From positions 1-61,756 of IMG/VR virus record IMGVR_UViG_3300048854_000277: 61,756 bases of DNA; one strand, written 5' to 3'. This DNA is from a virus. Its lineage: Duplodnaviria; Caudoviricetes. Position 1 is the stretch's first letter; the number at the start of each line of letters is the position of its first letter. The notes under the pieces are model-generated. The model saw nothing but the letters and a program-made list of their open reading frames with translations, was not told the origin of the DNA and did not search any database. The position numbers and the translations under genes were made by a program. This document shows positions 1 through 8,578 of this stretch, piece after piece.

Positions 1-1068
1 TCATTTTGTCGGCTTCACTTTATCGCCGCGACGGTTTCTTACGTAGTGCTCGGTCATGGTTACGGATGAGTGTCCGAGCTGCTTCTGTGCCTGGCGAATG
101 TCGCCCGAGCTGTCGGTTTTATCCGTGCCTGCTTTGGCCCGAAGGTCACGGAATTGGAAGTCTCCATCTTTCACGCCGGCAGCTCGCCGGGCTTCACGAA
201 AACGTCGCTGCAATGTGTCGAGCAACATGCGCTGCCCGTTCTCATTGACAACGAGCGCCGTACTAACGACCTTATACCCTGCCTTGCGGGCTCGGATGCG
301 ATCGATCACCGCCTTTAGCTCGCCAAACACCTCCATGCGCAGCTTCTTCCCGGTCTTGCCTTGATCGATATGGAGCAACCCATCACGGATATGGCGCTCG
401 TCGTAGTTGAGCGTGTCCTGCGGGCGCTGTCCGCACAGATACGCCAGATCCATTGCATCGCGCGTCGGCTGGTCTGCGAGATCGTAGACCCGCTTAAATA
501 TATCGTCCTCGACGTAGACGTCACGCCCTGACTCCTTATTCACCTTGATACCGAGGCATGGGTTAGCAGCCTTCGTCATGCCGATCTCGCGTGCAAAGTT
601 GAACATATGGCTCAGCACTTCAACATCACGGTTGGCGCGGATGTAGCCCGCGCTTGGTGGCACAGGCCGCTTTTTTGATTGATACCATTCGACGGCTTTC
701 TTGTGGCGCCAATGCATATACTGCTTGACGTGCGTCGGCTCAATATCGTCTAGCGGCGCGCCATCGAAAAACTCTTTCAGCAAGCCAATTTGCACCAGCT
801 TTGCTGCTTGGCTGCTCGGGGCATTCGTGGGCAGCACGTCGCGCATGTACGCGTCGAAGGCATCCTTAATGGTCGGTGCGAGCATCTTTGGCATCTCTGC
901 CTGTTCGATCTCCGACCATCGCTTGACGGCAAGCACAAAGTCAGTCCCGAGCGATTCCTCATGGCGCGGACGGCCGCCATGATCGTAGTAGTAATACGTC
1001 ACCTTGCCGCGCCGTCTAGGCCGCATGCGTGGCGGACAATTCAAGTTGACGGTCGGCGTTCTCCCCAC
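1..1068 (-). CDS. int: Phage integrase (tyrosine recombinase)
   Basis: Catalytic motifs GQRPQD, QGKT, FRDLRAK, LGH and HYVR; N-terminal arm-binding-like region; lies at the prophage end. Confidence 0.95.
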   Translation of the reverse strand: MGRTPTVNLNCPPRMRPRRRGKVTYYYYDHGGRPRHEESLGTDFVLAVKRWSEIEQAEMPKMLAPTIKDAFDAYMRDVLPTNAPSSQAAKLVQIGLLKEFFDGAPLDDIEPTHVKQYMHWRHKKAVEWYQSKKRPVPPSAGYIRANRDVEVLSHMFNFAREIGMTKAANPCLGIKVNKESGRDVYVEDDIFKRVYDLADQPTRDAMDLAYLCGQRPQDTLNYDERHIRDGLLHIDQGKTGKKLRMEVFGELKAVIDRIRARKAGYKVVSTALVVNENGQRMLLDTLQRRFREARRAAGVKDGDFQFRDLRAKAGTDKTDSSGDIRQAQKQLGHSSVTMTEHYVRNRRGDKVKPTK

Positions 1069-1072
1069 GATT

Positions 1073-1306
1073 TCACCTCATAGCCAGCACTTTCGGCTGC
1101 CATTTCTTTTTAGGTTGTTCGTCAGCTGGTCGGCCAACGATTACTGCACGCGCGATGATTGGCCGACCCCGGGTATTCGTCCAGAACGGGATTCCTGACG
1201 TGCGCAACCAGTCGACCTGCAACTCCTCGCGTGTTCTGCCGCGCTTTCCGACAAGTACACCCGTCAATTCCGCCACTTCTTCAGGCGATAGAAAAGTATC
1301 GCTCAT
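1073..1306 (-). CDS. Excisionase-like protein (DUF4224 family)
   Basis: FLSPEEVAELTG...Q..WL...GIPF...GRP motif, directly upstream of int. Confidence 0.85.
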   Translation of the reverse strand: MSDTFLSPEEVAELTGVLVGKRGRTREELQVDWLRTSGIPFWTNTRGRPIIARAVIVGRPADEQPKKKWQPKVLAMR

Positions 1307-1358
1307 CTCTTCACCCCAAAATATAGCGCTGAAACCCGTACTGCTTCCACGTTATGAC

Positions 1359-1847
1359 TCATGCTGGTTGCCAATCGATCAGCGGCGTTTCGTATCCAAG
1401 CATCAGCGGGTGCAGTGGATCGCCCGACTTCGACAGGCCAAAACACTTCATCGGCTTCCCGCTCGCAACAAGCATCGCTTCGACCTCGTCATGCCGGTAG
1501 CGCAAGCGCTTCGGGACCTTAGCTCTCGGACCCCATGACGGCACGAGGATGTCGGCGTCTGCAATGATCTGTGCGAGGTGCATATCGTTGTCAGGGCCGA
1601 TAGGATCAATCGCTGACGCAAGTTCACGCACGTCGGTTGCACAGAACGCGAAAAGGTTGCCAACGATCATCCGGCTACCCTTGTTGAGCAGCGTGAAGCT
1701 GCGCCATTTCGTGACTGTGTGATCGTTCTTGACTGCGCCTGCTGTCGCACCGTTGACGCCTAGGTAGGCAATGACGATGCCGTTCGGCAAGCCTTCGCGC
1801 TCAAGCCGGTATCTGAACAGGCCGCATTCGCTGAATATTGCGCTCAT
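1359..1847 (-). CDS. DUF1643 family protein
   Basis: SECGLFRYRLER, NLFAFCATD, WG and PLHPL motifs; RBS GGAGG. Confidence 0.85.
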   Translation of the reverse strand: MSAIFSECGLFRYRLEREGLPNGIVIAYLGVNGATAGAVKNDHTVTKWRSFTLLNKGSRMIVGNLFAFCATDVRELASAIDPIGPDNDMHLAQIIADADILVPSWGPRAKVPKRLRYRHDEVEAMLVASGKPMKCFGLSKSGDPLHPLMLGYETPLIDWQPA

Positions 1848-1869
1848 GTCTTCCCTCCCTCCGCTGTGG

Positions 1870-2100
1870 TCACTTCAGTGCATCTGGCCATATATCTTGG
1901 AGTGCCTTAATCGCATCGGCGTATAGCTCGTCCTTCCAGCCTCGGCCTTTATACACAGCAGGCTGTGCTTCAATGTAGCCTCCGATACCAAGCGTATATC
2001 CACGGGCCTTTTCGCTGATCGTAACGGCACCGTGTTTGGGCCATTCCAGCACTACCAATCCGCCGTACATGAACGTCGTCCAGCCTTCTGGCAATTTCAC
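1870..2100 (-). CDS. Hypothetical phage protein
   Basis: GTG start overlaps the stop of the upstream ORF (GTGA). Confidence 0.65.
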   Translation of the reverse strand: MKLPEGWTTFMYGGLVVLEWPKHGAVTISEKARGYTLGIGGYIEAQPAVYKGRGWKDELYADAIKALQDIWPDALK

Positions 2101-2258
2101 GATGATGAATCCCCGCTTCGTTGCGACTCGATAGCAGCGAGATTGTTTTCGAGAATTGCGCGTAGCTCGTCAACATTGATGCAGATCGTGTCTTTTGATC
2201 CGGGATCGGCGGCCTCGGTCTCGCATACATCTCGAATGATGGTTTCGGTGATATTCAT
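2097..2258 (-). CDS. Small hypothetical protein, 53 aa (MNITETIIRDVCET...)
   Basis: Read manually; ATGA/GTGA coupling at both ends; RBS GGGAAG. Confidence 0.65.
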   Translation of the reverse strand: MNITETIIRDVCETEAADPGSKDTICINVDELRAILENNLAAIESQRSGDSSS

Positions 2259-2914
2259 GATGTCTTCCCCGTGGTGGTGATAGCAGCGTCTTGTTGCGAC
2301 TTAAGGGCGCGACACACTTTGATGCAATCGTTGCTGTCGAGCATGTAGTTGTCGTCAGCCGCCAAGTCGTCCTTAGCTTTGATCGCCGCACAGCATTCCT
2401 CGATCACGCTATCCCGGCTCGGGTGCGTATCCCAAAACGCCGGTTCGTCTTCCCCTTTGTAGCCCATGAGCAAATACGCGTCGTGCGCTGAACGATCGTC
2501 GAATACCTTTGGCATCCAGTAGGCGAGCGCTTTCTGAAGCGCGGCGATTATCTCGGCTGCATCATCGCAACGCGCCGCTACGCGCTCGAAATCGCGGCAC
2601 CCTGCCACGTACAAGCTATATGGCACAGTTGCTTCGGTGCTCTGTTCCGCAGTGGCGCGGGCTGCTTCGAGTTCGTCACACTTATCCTTGTGGTCAAGGT
2701 AGTGGCGATACGCGCCTTCAATGAAACCTTGCTCGATCATGGCCGCGATGCGCTTGGCTCGTTCCGCTTCACTTGGCACTGCGGCGATGCGCGCTGACAT
2801 AGCGCTAAGGCGAATCTCGGCAGCCCATATCGCTGCGAAGGTTTCGAGTGCGGAAAGCGCCTTATCGAGCGCGCGCCGCTGGTTCGGGCTCATCTGTTCG
2901 AGTTCGTCAGTCAT
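2255..2914 (-). CDS. Hypothetical modular early protein
   Basis: ATGA-coupled within the early operon. Confidence 0.7.
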   Translation of the reverse strand: MTDELEQMSPNQRRALDKALSALETFAAIWAAEIRLSAMSARIAAVPSEAERAKRIAAMIEQGFIEGAYRHYLDHKDKCDELEAARATAEQSTEATVPYSLYVAGCRDFERVAARCDDAAEIIAALQKALAYWMPKVFDDRSAHDAYLLMGYKGEDEPAFWDTHPSRDSVIEECCAAIKAKDDLAADDNYMLDSNDCIKVCRALKSQQDAAITTTGKTS

Positions 2915-3432
2915 GTCTTCTCCATTGGAGCGCTAGCAGCGTCAAGGATGAATTGCGCTTCTGCAATGCGTTCGTCGCGCTTGCACCGGTCATCCTTGTC
3001 CCACCAAATTTCGAATTCATCGTCAGTCCACTCATACTGCTCACACCGCTTGCGCTCAAGCGCCTTGGCTGCGCGCTCGGCATCCTGCGCATCGCTTGGC
3101 GCGGCGTCACGGGTGGCGAGCAGGTCAACGATCTTCCGCGCGATGAATCCCTCCCAGTGTTCGCCAGCGGGTGGATTAGCAGGCTCACACAGCAGTTCAT
3201 AGACTCCCTGAACGCGTGGATCATCAAACGTCGCCACCGGTCGCGCATCTGCGCCCTGCGTGGGGGCTCGCTGATTCCATGCATCGATTGCGCCGCGTTC
3301 TGTTGATCCTTGGCCTGTCATCGTCACCGCACAACTGTCGCACTTCACAAAGAAGCCATCGCAAACTTTCAACCACTGGGTAAGGATCGATGCTTTTCTG
3401 CCGCAAAACGGGCAAGGTTTCAGGCTGCTCAT
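2911..3432 (-). CDS. Lar-family (restriction alleviation-like) Zn-ribbon protein with additional modules
   Basis: LKPCPFCG...CDSC...AIDAWNQR. Confidence 0.8.
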   Translation of the reverse strand: MSSLKPCPFCGRKASILTQWLKVCDGFFVKCDSCAVTMTGQGSTERGAIDAWNQRAPTQGADARPVATFDDPRVQGVYELLCEPANPPAGEHWEGFIARKIVDLLATRDAAPSDAQDAERAAKALERKRCEQYEWTDDEFEIWWDKDDRCKRDERIAEAQFILDAASAPMEKT

Positions 3433-3911
3433 GATTTATTTCCGCCCATAGACGCTGCAAGGAGGGCGATAAGATCGGAACGCCAGCAGGTTACGGTCAG
3501 AGCGGTGCTCGACTCTGCTCTCAACGATTCTTTGAGCCTGGCGATAACCATCGGGTCGCTCGCGGCGGGACTGGCAGGGGCGGCGTAGAGCGGCGTTATG
3601 GTGTCACCGTCAAATTCACAAACTTGAACTTGAGCCTCCGAAGGCTTCTCTGTCCAAGCAACCCGCACCATTCCTCTTTTTGATGTGACCAACCACGCTA
3701 CCGGCGCGCTTCCAGTGGTCGGAGCGGTGGAGCGAGCGCGAATGCTATCCGCAGCAACGAGTGCCGCCATGTAGGTATCGGAGCCTCGTGACGCGTCTTT
3801 AATAGCCTTCTCGATGATGTCGATAATGGCTTCGCGCTCGCCTATAGCTGCGCCCGATACGTCGACTTGATCCGAGATCGGTGAGGGGGTGGTCGGGGTC
3901 ATTTTGGTCAT
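3429..3911 (-). CDS. Modular hypothetical protein (linkers E-C-D-A)
   Basis: ATGA coupling; shares four linker peptides with 5288..6007. Confidence 0.75.
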   Translation of the reverse strand: MTKMTPTTPSPISDQVDVSGAAIGEREAIIDIIEKAIKDASRGSDTYMAALVAADSIRARSTAPTTGSAPVAWLVTSKRGMVRVAWTEKPSEAQVQVCEFDGDTITPLYAAPASPAASDPMVIARLKESLRAESSTALTVTCWRSDLIALLAASMGGNKS

Positions 3912-4069
3912 AGCGTGTTTCGAGCCTTTCGGCGCACCTCAGAAACCAACCCTTGTTTTGATCGTACCTCTTGGCGCTCCATGTCTTTGAACACGGTCAT
4001 CACGAGGTCCTTGTATTTCTTGCTTTCGATCGCCTTTTTTGCGGCGCCCATCTTTATTACCTTTGCCAT
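3908..4069 (-). CDS. Small basic protein, 53 aa (MAKVIKMGAAKKAIESKK...)
   Basis: Read manually; RBS GAGG; stop overlaps the next ATG. Confidence 0.55.
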   Translation of the reverse strand: MAKVIKMGAAKKAIESKKYKDLVMTVFKDMERQEVRSKQGLVSEVRRKARNTL

Positions 4070-4078
4070 GCTCAAACC

Positions 4079-4360
4079 TCATTTGAGTTCGAAAGTTGAC
4101 CAAGCGCCGTAAAGACCGTGCCTATCAGCGCATGAGGGGCCTTTGCTCGCGATGATTGCGTATTGGCGAACCATGTCAGCGGACGGCTTGCCACTGCGAT
4201 AACGCTTCGTATTGCGTGCGATCAGACGAACGAAACAATCAGCACCTACAGTCCCAAGAGCAGTTGTCTGAACGCCGAGCTTCAAAGGGCGTCCGCAATG
4301 ATCGCAACTGCATTCTTGTTCGAAACCGTTGATTGTGATCGTTGTCATTTCGTTCTCCAT
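4079..4360 (-). CDS. Hypothetical protein with CxCxxC...C Zn-binding motif
   Basis: CSCDHCGRPLK...VGADC; a later ATG with GGAG RBS is also possible. Confidence 0.65.
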   Translation of the reverse strand: MENEMTTITINGFEQECSCDHCGRPLKLGVQTTALGTVGADCFVRLIARNTKRYRSGKPSADMVRQYAIIASKGPSCADRHGLYGAWSTFELK

Positions 4361-4381
4361 CTGTTTGCTTGTTCGATGTAG

Positions 4382-4446
4382 TTATTGTGATTCACAAAGT
4401 ACCGTAACGCAAGAACTATTTGAATCACGATAAGTTGTTGTACAAT
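4382..4446. promoter_or_regulatory. Divergent promoter/operator with a 13-bp inverted repeat
   Basis: TTATTGTGATTCA (4382-4394) and TGAATCACGATAA (4421-4433); TACAAT at 4441-4446, six nt before the ATG at 4453. Confidence 0.6.
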
Positions 4447-4452
4447 GCGTCC

Positions 4453-4623
4453 ATGGAACCTACAAAGCCCAAAATGGGTCGCCCCCCAAAATCACCCGAA
4501 GAGCGCCTTGAACAGCGCTCGATCCGGCTTACTGCTGCCCAATGGGCAAAGATCGACGCTCACGGGGTACCGTGGCTGCGCAAGCTGATCGACCGCGCTA
4601 AGCCTCCGAAGCCGGAGGAGTAG
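4453..4623 (+). CDS. Small DNA-binding protein (GRPP AT-hook-like plus RHH-like)
   Basis: MGRPPKSPEERLEQRSIRLTAAQWAKID...WLRKLID; opposite strand to the operon. Confidence 0.7.
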   Translation: MEPTKPKMGRPPKSPEERLEQRSIRLTAAQWAKIDAHGVPWLRKLIDRAKPPKPEE

Positions 4624-5158
4624 ATGATTTATCCCCGCCCATAGACGCTGCAAGTATGGCGCGACCTACTGCGATGGCGATCAGCTTTTGATTGTCAGTC
4701 GCAGTTCCCATCGGGTAGAAGATTTGCACGATTCGCTCATCGCTCAGCACCCCGTCCGCAGGCTTTGCATCGTTCGGGCCACCGTATCCGCATGTGCAAG
4801 GTGCCCACGGATCGTCTTCCATGATGTATCGACAACCAAGTGCATGCGCTTGCAAGGGCTTTGCATCGGCGGTAGCGCTGGCCGATGGCTGAGGGGCGAC
4901 GTTGCGGTTGGCGAGCCATTTCGCGAAGCTTTGGAGCATCTGCGTGAACGATTCCTTCGCCTCTACCGCGATCTGGCCTTCACGGTACATCGTCCAGCAA
5001 TGGTCGATTACCGATTGCGCCACCGGTCGCGCATCTGCGCCCTGCGTGGCGACTTCCTCAATGAGTTTCATGACTGCCGTTATCCCAATTCTTGTGGGTA
5101 TTGGGTACTCATTCAAGCGAGCACAAAGGGCTTCAACGCTAACCATTCGATCAGTCAT
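4598..5158 (-). CDS. Modular hypothetical protein (linkers B and A)
   Basis: TQGADARPVA and LAASMGGDKS linkers; H..GC...CTCG module. Confidence 0.72.
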   Translation of the reverse strand: MTDRMVSVEALCARLNEYPIPTRIGITAVMKLIEEVATQGADARPVAQSVIDHCWTMYREGQIAVEAKESFTQMLQSFAKWLANRNVAPQPSASATADAKPLQAHALGCRYIMEDDPWAPCTCGYGGPNDAKPADGVLSDERIVQIFYPMGTATDNQKLIAIAVGRAILAASMGGDKSSTPPASEA

Positions 5159-5291
5159 ATTTCGTCCCTCCGCAAATTGCGAAAAGAGCCAGACAAAAGA
5201 AGGCCACGCCGAGCATGACCCAAAGAAGAGTGAAGCTGTGCGCCCACAGGCAGATTGCGATTACCGTAGCGAAAAACAGCACTCCGATCAT
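5151..5291 (-). CDS. Small membrane protein, 46 aa (MIGVLFFATVIAICLWAH...)
   Basis: Read manually; ATGA-coupled; two hydrophobic segments. Confidence 0.55.
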   Translation of the reverse strand: MIGVLFFATVIAICLWAHSFTLLWVMLGVAFFCLALFAICGGTKYD

Positions 5292-6007
5292 GTCCGATCT
5301 CTGCCAATAGACGCTGCAAGGAGGGCGCGCGCGTATTTGAGGCGCTCATTGGTATTGATGGTCCTCCATGCGTATGTCTCGCTGTCGTCGGGCACGAACC
5401 AGACAATGCCGAGCTTGTCCTCGACCTTTCGGATAAGTGCCGTCAGTTCCGCATCCGTCAGCACGCTCGCTGCGGGACTGGCAGGCTTGGCATATTGAGG
5501 GTCTTTCGCAGCGCTTGAGAGCCAAGTCTGAACGCTCTCTTCGCTAACGTATTCATCCTCGCAATGGTCGATCAAATAGCAGCCAAATGTCATGGCATCC
5601 ATCGCTACCGGCGCGCTTCCAGTGGTCGGAGCGGTTGAGCGACGATTCCAATCTCTGATAACTTCGCCTTTAGTGCCCCTACGGATTTGGCTGCAAAATA
5701 CTGCGCAGGATATTTGCCATAGCGGCGTCTTGCCGGGGCGAATATTCTCCGGCTTACCGGCAGATGCGCCGCAGAACGGACAAGGAAAAAGCTCGCCTGC
5801 CGCTTGCGAGATCGGGGAGGGGGTGGGAGTAACGGCGAGCATGGCATTCCAATCGCTTGCGCAGACCAAAGCGTTAGCCTCTTCGTCGCTTGATCCGTCC
5901 GGTACATCGGCGCGAGTGCTAGCCCATGCTTCTATCATTTCGGGCGTAGGTTCGATCGGTACGAGTTTCCAACCTGTTGGGATCGGTGAGGTAGTGATTG
6001 ATGTCAT
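5288..6007 (-). CDS. Modular protein with an N-terminal WKLVPIEPTPEM domain and a Lar-type Zn ribbon
   Basis: GWKLVPIEPTPEMIEA; LFPCPFCG...CAVFC...WNRR; linkers E-C-D-A. Confidence 0.78.
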   Translation of the reverse strand: MTSITTSPIPTGWKLVPIEPTPEMIEAWASTRADVPDGSSDEEANALVCASDWNAMLAVTPTPSPISQAAGELFPCPFCGASAGKPENIRPGKTPLWQISCAVFCSQIRRGTKGEVIRDWNRRSTAPTTGSAPVAMDAMTFGCYLIDHCEDEYVSEESVQTWLSSAAKDPQYAKPASPAASVLTDAELTALIRKVEDKLGIVWFVPDDSETYAWRTINTNERLKYARALLAASIGRDRT

Positions 6008-6015
6008 TTCATTCC

Positions 6016-6864
6016 TTAGTCGCCGCAGAAGCCAGAGATCGCCTCTTCATCGGCATCAAAAATGTCTACTTGCTGCCTGGCGTATTCAGCCATTCGGCCG
6101 TAGCTCGGTCGGTCATTGCGGAACCGCGCTCCATCGCCAGTCGCGATAGACTCCGCCGATTTCTCCTGCTGGGCCCACCAGATGGCGCGCTCCGGTTTCT
6201 CCGCGATCAGGCTGAATACCTGCTTGGCGGGCTTCAACATGCAAAGATCGCAATTGCCGTGCAGCGTCTTCCCGTTGATGTTCGGTAGCGCAAGATCGAA
6301 AGTCTGTGACTTCCAAAAATCACCGACCATGCCCGACGATACAAAATCATCGGCAAGCGGGATGCGGACAAACTCATCGGGCGTTTCGGGATGCGGGTTG
6401 AAGCGGAATTTTGCTACTCGGCGCGGCTCATCGGCCCGGACGCCGATCATCGTTTCCCACTCGGTTATGCCAATTGAGCGCAAGTAACGATGTATCGTGC
6501 GGGTCTTCATTTCGGATGAGCGGTAGCGCGATCGAGGATTAGGCAGGATGCCGCCACGTTGCCTTATGACAGCTTCAAAGGGCTCACCTTGGCGACTGGC
6601 CGTGTCGAATGTCACGACTTCAAATTCTGCGCCTTCACGGTATTCGAGCCAAATGATGTCGATGCCCCAATTCAGTCCGATGTCACGCACAAACTCAAGC
6701 GTGGCTTCTTCTTCCTTCCCCGTATTGCAGAACAATGGGATGGCCTCATCAGGAAGCCCGCCGTTCACTTCGATGACCTTATGAGTCATATAGGCAGATG
6801 TTCTACCGCCGCTTATGTTCAGCGATGTTGGCCCGGCTACCTTGTACGGACTAATTCCGTTCAT
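6016..6864 (-). CDS. Phosphoadenosine phosphosulfate reductase (PP-loop) family protein
   Basis: SGGRTS PP-loop, NTGKE, IGVRADEPRR, GNCDLCMLK. Confidence 0.85.
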   Translation of the reverse strand: MNGISPYKVAGPTSLNISGGRTSAYMTHKVIEVNGGLPDEAIPLFCNTGKEEEATLEFVRDIGLNWGIDIIWLEYREGAEFEVVTFDTASRQGEPFEAVIRQRGGILPNPRSRYRSSEMKTRTIHRYLRSIGITEWETMIGVRADEPRRVAKFRFNPHPETPDEFVRIPLADDFVSSGMVGDFWKSQTFDLALPNINGKTLHGNCDLCMLKPAKQVFSLIAEKPERAIWWAQQEKSAESIATGDGARFRNDRPSYGRMAEYARQQVDIFDADEEAISGFCGD

Positions 6865-6929
6865 CCCAAACCTCTCCTGTTATCAATCCCGCCAACCCGC
6901 ATCCCAGACGCAGCGGGTAGGGTGCGGGG

Positions 6930-7475
6930 TTATGCTTGCTCTGCGAATAATCCGGTCTGCACCTGACCACTCATCGCGCCGAAATATGCATCGATCGCTT
7001 CCTGAACGGCGCCTGATCCGGGAAACAAATCTGATACCGTGTCGCCTTCCTGCACGTTCAAAACGTCCATCAACCAGAACACGAATGCGGCAGGCTTAGC
7101 GCCTGTGAAACCGCGCTTGAGCGTGATATTCACGGCGCACCAATCGCGGACGGTGGCTTGCTGGCGAGTGCGCCTCCTGCCGCCCATCACGATCACCGGC
7201 TCCCACGAGTACGCCACGCCAACATTGGGCTTGAAGACCGCGAACGGCTTCACCCAAGCCATCACACGCGCCTCTTTCGGGCAGAGCGGCAGAATGTGAT
7301 GAAGGTTGCCGCTCGTCATCGACAGCGCCCAACCGTCAGAAAACTCGTTGCACAACCGATCTATCAGCGTTTTGTGGCCTTCCAGCGAGTCGTACACTGC
7401 GGCCTCCGGATGATCGCCATAAAGCTTCACAGAGCACCCGAAATACGGCGGATCAGCTATCGCGAAATTCATCAC
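6930..7475 (-). CDS. Small DNA amino-methyltransferase (N6A/N4C, beta-like motif order)
   Basis: N-terminal ADPPY and C-terminal DLFPGSG SAM-binding motif. Confidence 0.8.
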   Translation of the reverse strand: MMNFAIADPPYFGCSVKLYGDHPEAAVYDSLEGHKTLIDRLCNEFSDGWALSMTSGNLHHILPLCPKEARVMAWVKPFAVFKPNVGVAYSWEPVIVMGGRRRTRQQATVRDWCAVNITLKRGFTGAKPAAFVFWLMDVLNVQEGDTVSDLFPGSGAVQEAIDAYFGAMSGQVQTGLFAEQA

Positions 7476-7517
7476 ATCCTCTCAATTTGTCGCAGTAGGT
7501 GCGCGGACGATGGTTCG

Positions 7518-7703
7518 TTACTCGGGCTTGCGTGTAATCAGCCCGTCACCGACACGCAGCGTTACGACCAAGCCTGATTTGTGCGCCAACAATTCCAAGG
7601 TCGCGGCGATGAAGGCATGTTCGAGTTGAGCGCTAGGTTTCGCAGACGAGCACAACGCATCGATCGCGCGGTGAGCGGCGCGGCCTAATGGGTCGATGGT
7701 CAC
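7518..7703 (-). CDS. Hypothetical protein
   Basis: GTG overlaps the upstream stop (GTGA). Confidence 0.45.
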   Translation of the reverse strand: MTIDPLGRAAHRAIDALCSSAKPSAQLEHAFIAATLELLAHKSGLVVTLRVGDGLITRKPE

Positions 7704-8410
7704 GGCATCACTCGATTGAATTCGATTACCCATATCCACGGGTTGGTATCCCACGATTCAGCGCCGTTGATGTCAGCCCATACCTGCTGGAACATGCCGT
7801 ACGCGCTGGCGTCGAAGTGCCGCTTTCCATCGGCCAGCGTGCATTCATTGACCCAGCCGTTCTTTTGATCGTGCTGTCGAATACCTTCGGCCAGAGCATC
7901 GGTCTCGCTGATGTCCTGCAACCGCTCGACGCGTACGTCGATGACTTCGAGCATGATGCGCGACGCCCAACGCGGCATGTGGATGGATGGCGTCCAACGG
8001 CAACCGGGCCCGTCCATGTCTTCGTACCAAAGTTCGGGCTCAGGATCAGATGCCTTGTAATGCGGCTGCGACCAATAGCAGTCGTCGTCACCGAATCGCT
8101 TCACCGGGCGGCCGTCGTTATGCGGCGCCCCTGCATCGTCGTCCGTCATCCGGTTCGATTCGAGGCAGAACGTCTCGCGCACCCACAGACGGTCGCCCGC
8201 CTTGCCGAACGGGCAGCGCACCGGGCCCCAGAGCGGATAGTTCTGCCAGTACGACTCAATCGCTTCATCGTCCGTGAAGGTGTCGAATGCGAACTTGCCT
8301 CGATGGTTCGCAACTGGCTGCAACTTCACGATGCGACGTGTCTGCGTCTTGCTTCCGTCGAGCAGCGCGCGCACCATGGCGCCGGAAAACAGAATGGGAC
8401 GTTCTTTCAT
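7700..8410 (-). CDS. ASCH/PUA-like phage protein
   Basis: MKERPILFS..MVRALLDGSKTQTRR, GDRLWVRET, WTPSIHMPRWASRI, NPWIWVIEF. Confidence 0.85.
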   Translation of the reverse strand: MKERPILFSGAMVRALLDGSKTQTRRIVKLQPVANHRGKFAFDTFTDDEAIESYWQNYPLWGPVRCPFGKAGDRLWVRETFCLESNRMTDDDAGAPHNDGRPVKRFGDDDCYWSQPHYKASDPEPELWYEDMDGPGCRWTPSIHMPRWASRIMLEVIDVRVERLQDISETDALAEGIRQHDQKNGWVNECTLADGKRHFDASAYGMFQQVWADINGAESWDTNPWIWVIEFNRVMP

Positions 8411-8578
8411 CACATGCCTCAAAAATAGGGTGAGCCGCCAGTAGTGCGCGGCATGGGGTGGGTTACAGCGTGCTTCGCGCCCTAGTACTAAAACGGCTTT
8501 GAAATCTGCCGACAAATACTGGAATGTTTATTGCTCGATACCCCTCAACAGCGGCGAGAGCGCTGGATTGGGGGAGAC

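Larger units (their letters stand above)
3232..5826. repeat. Five families of dispersed direct linker repeats (A-E, 20-40 bp) within early genes
   Basis: B 3232-3263=5018-5049 (32/32); A 3431-3461~4624-4654 (29/31) and 3448-3468=5307-5327; D 3557-3578~5464-5485 (21/22); C 3696-3735~5603-5642 (39/40); E 3873-3892~5807-5826 (19/20). Confidence 0.92.

Noticed and set aside
3232-5826. Linker repeats as a CRISPR array, DGR or integron
   Set aside because: Five different in-frame coding repeats with irregular spacing; no cas genes, reverse transcriptase, adenine-specific variation or attC-like palindromes
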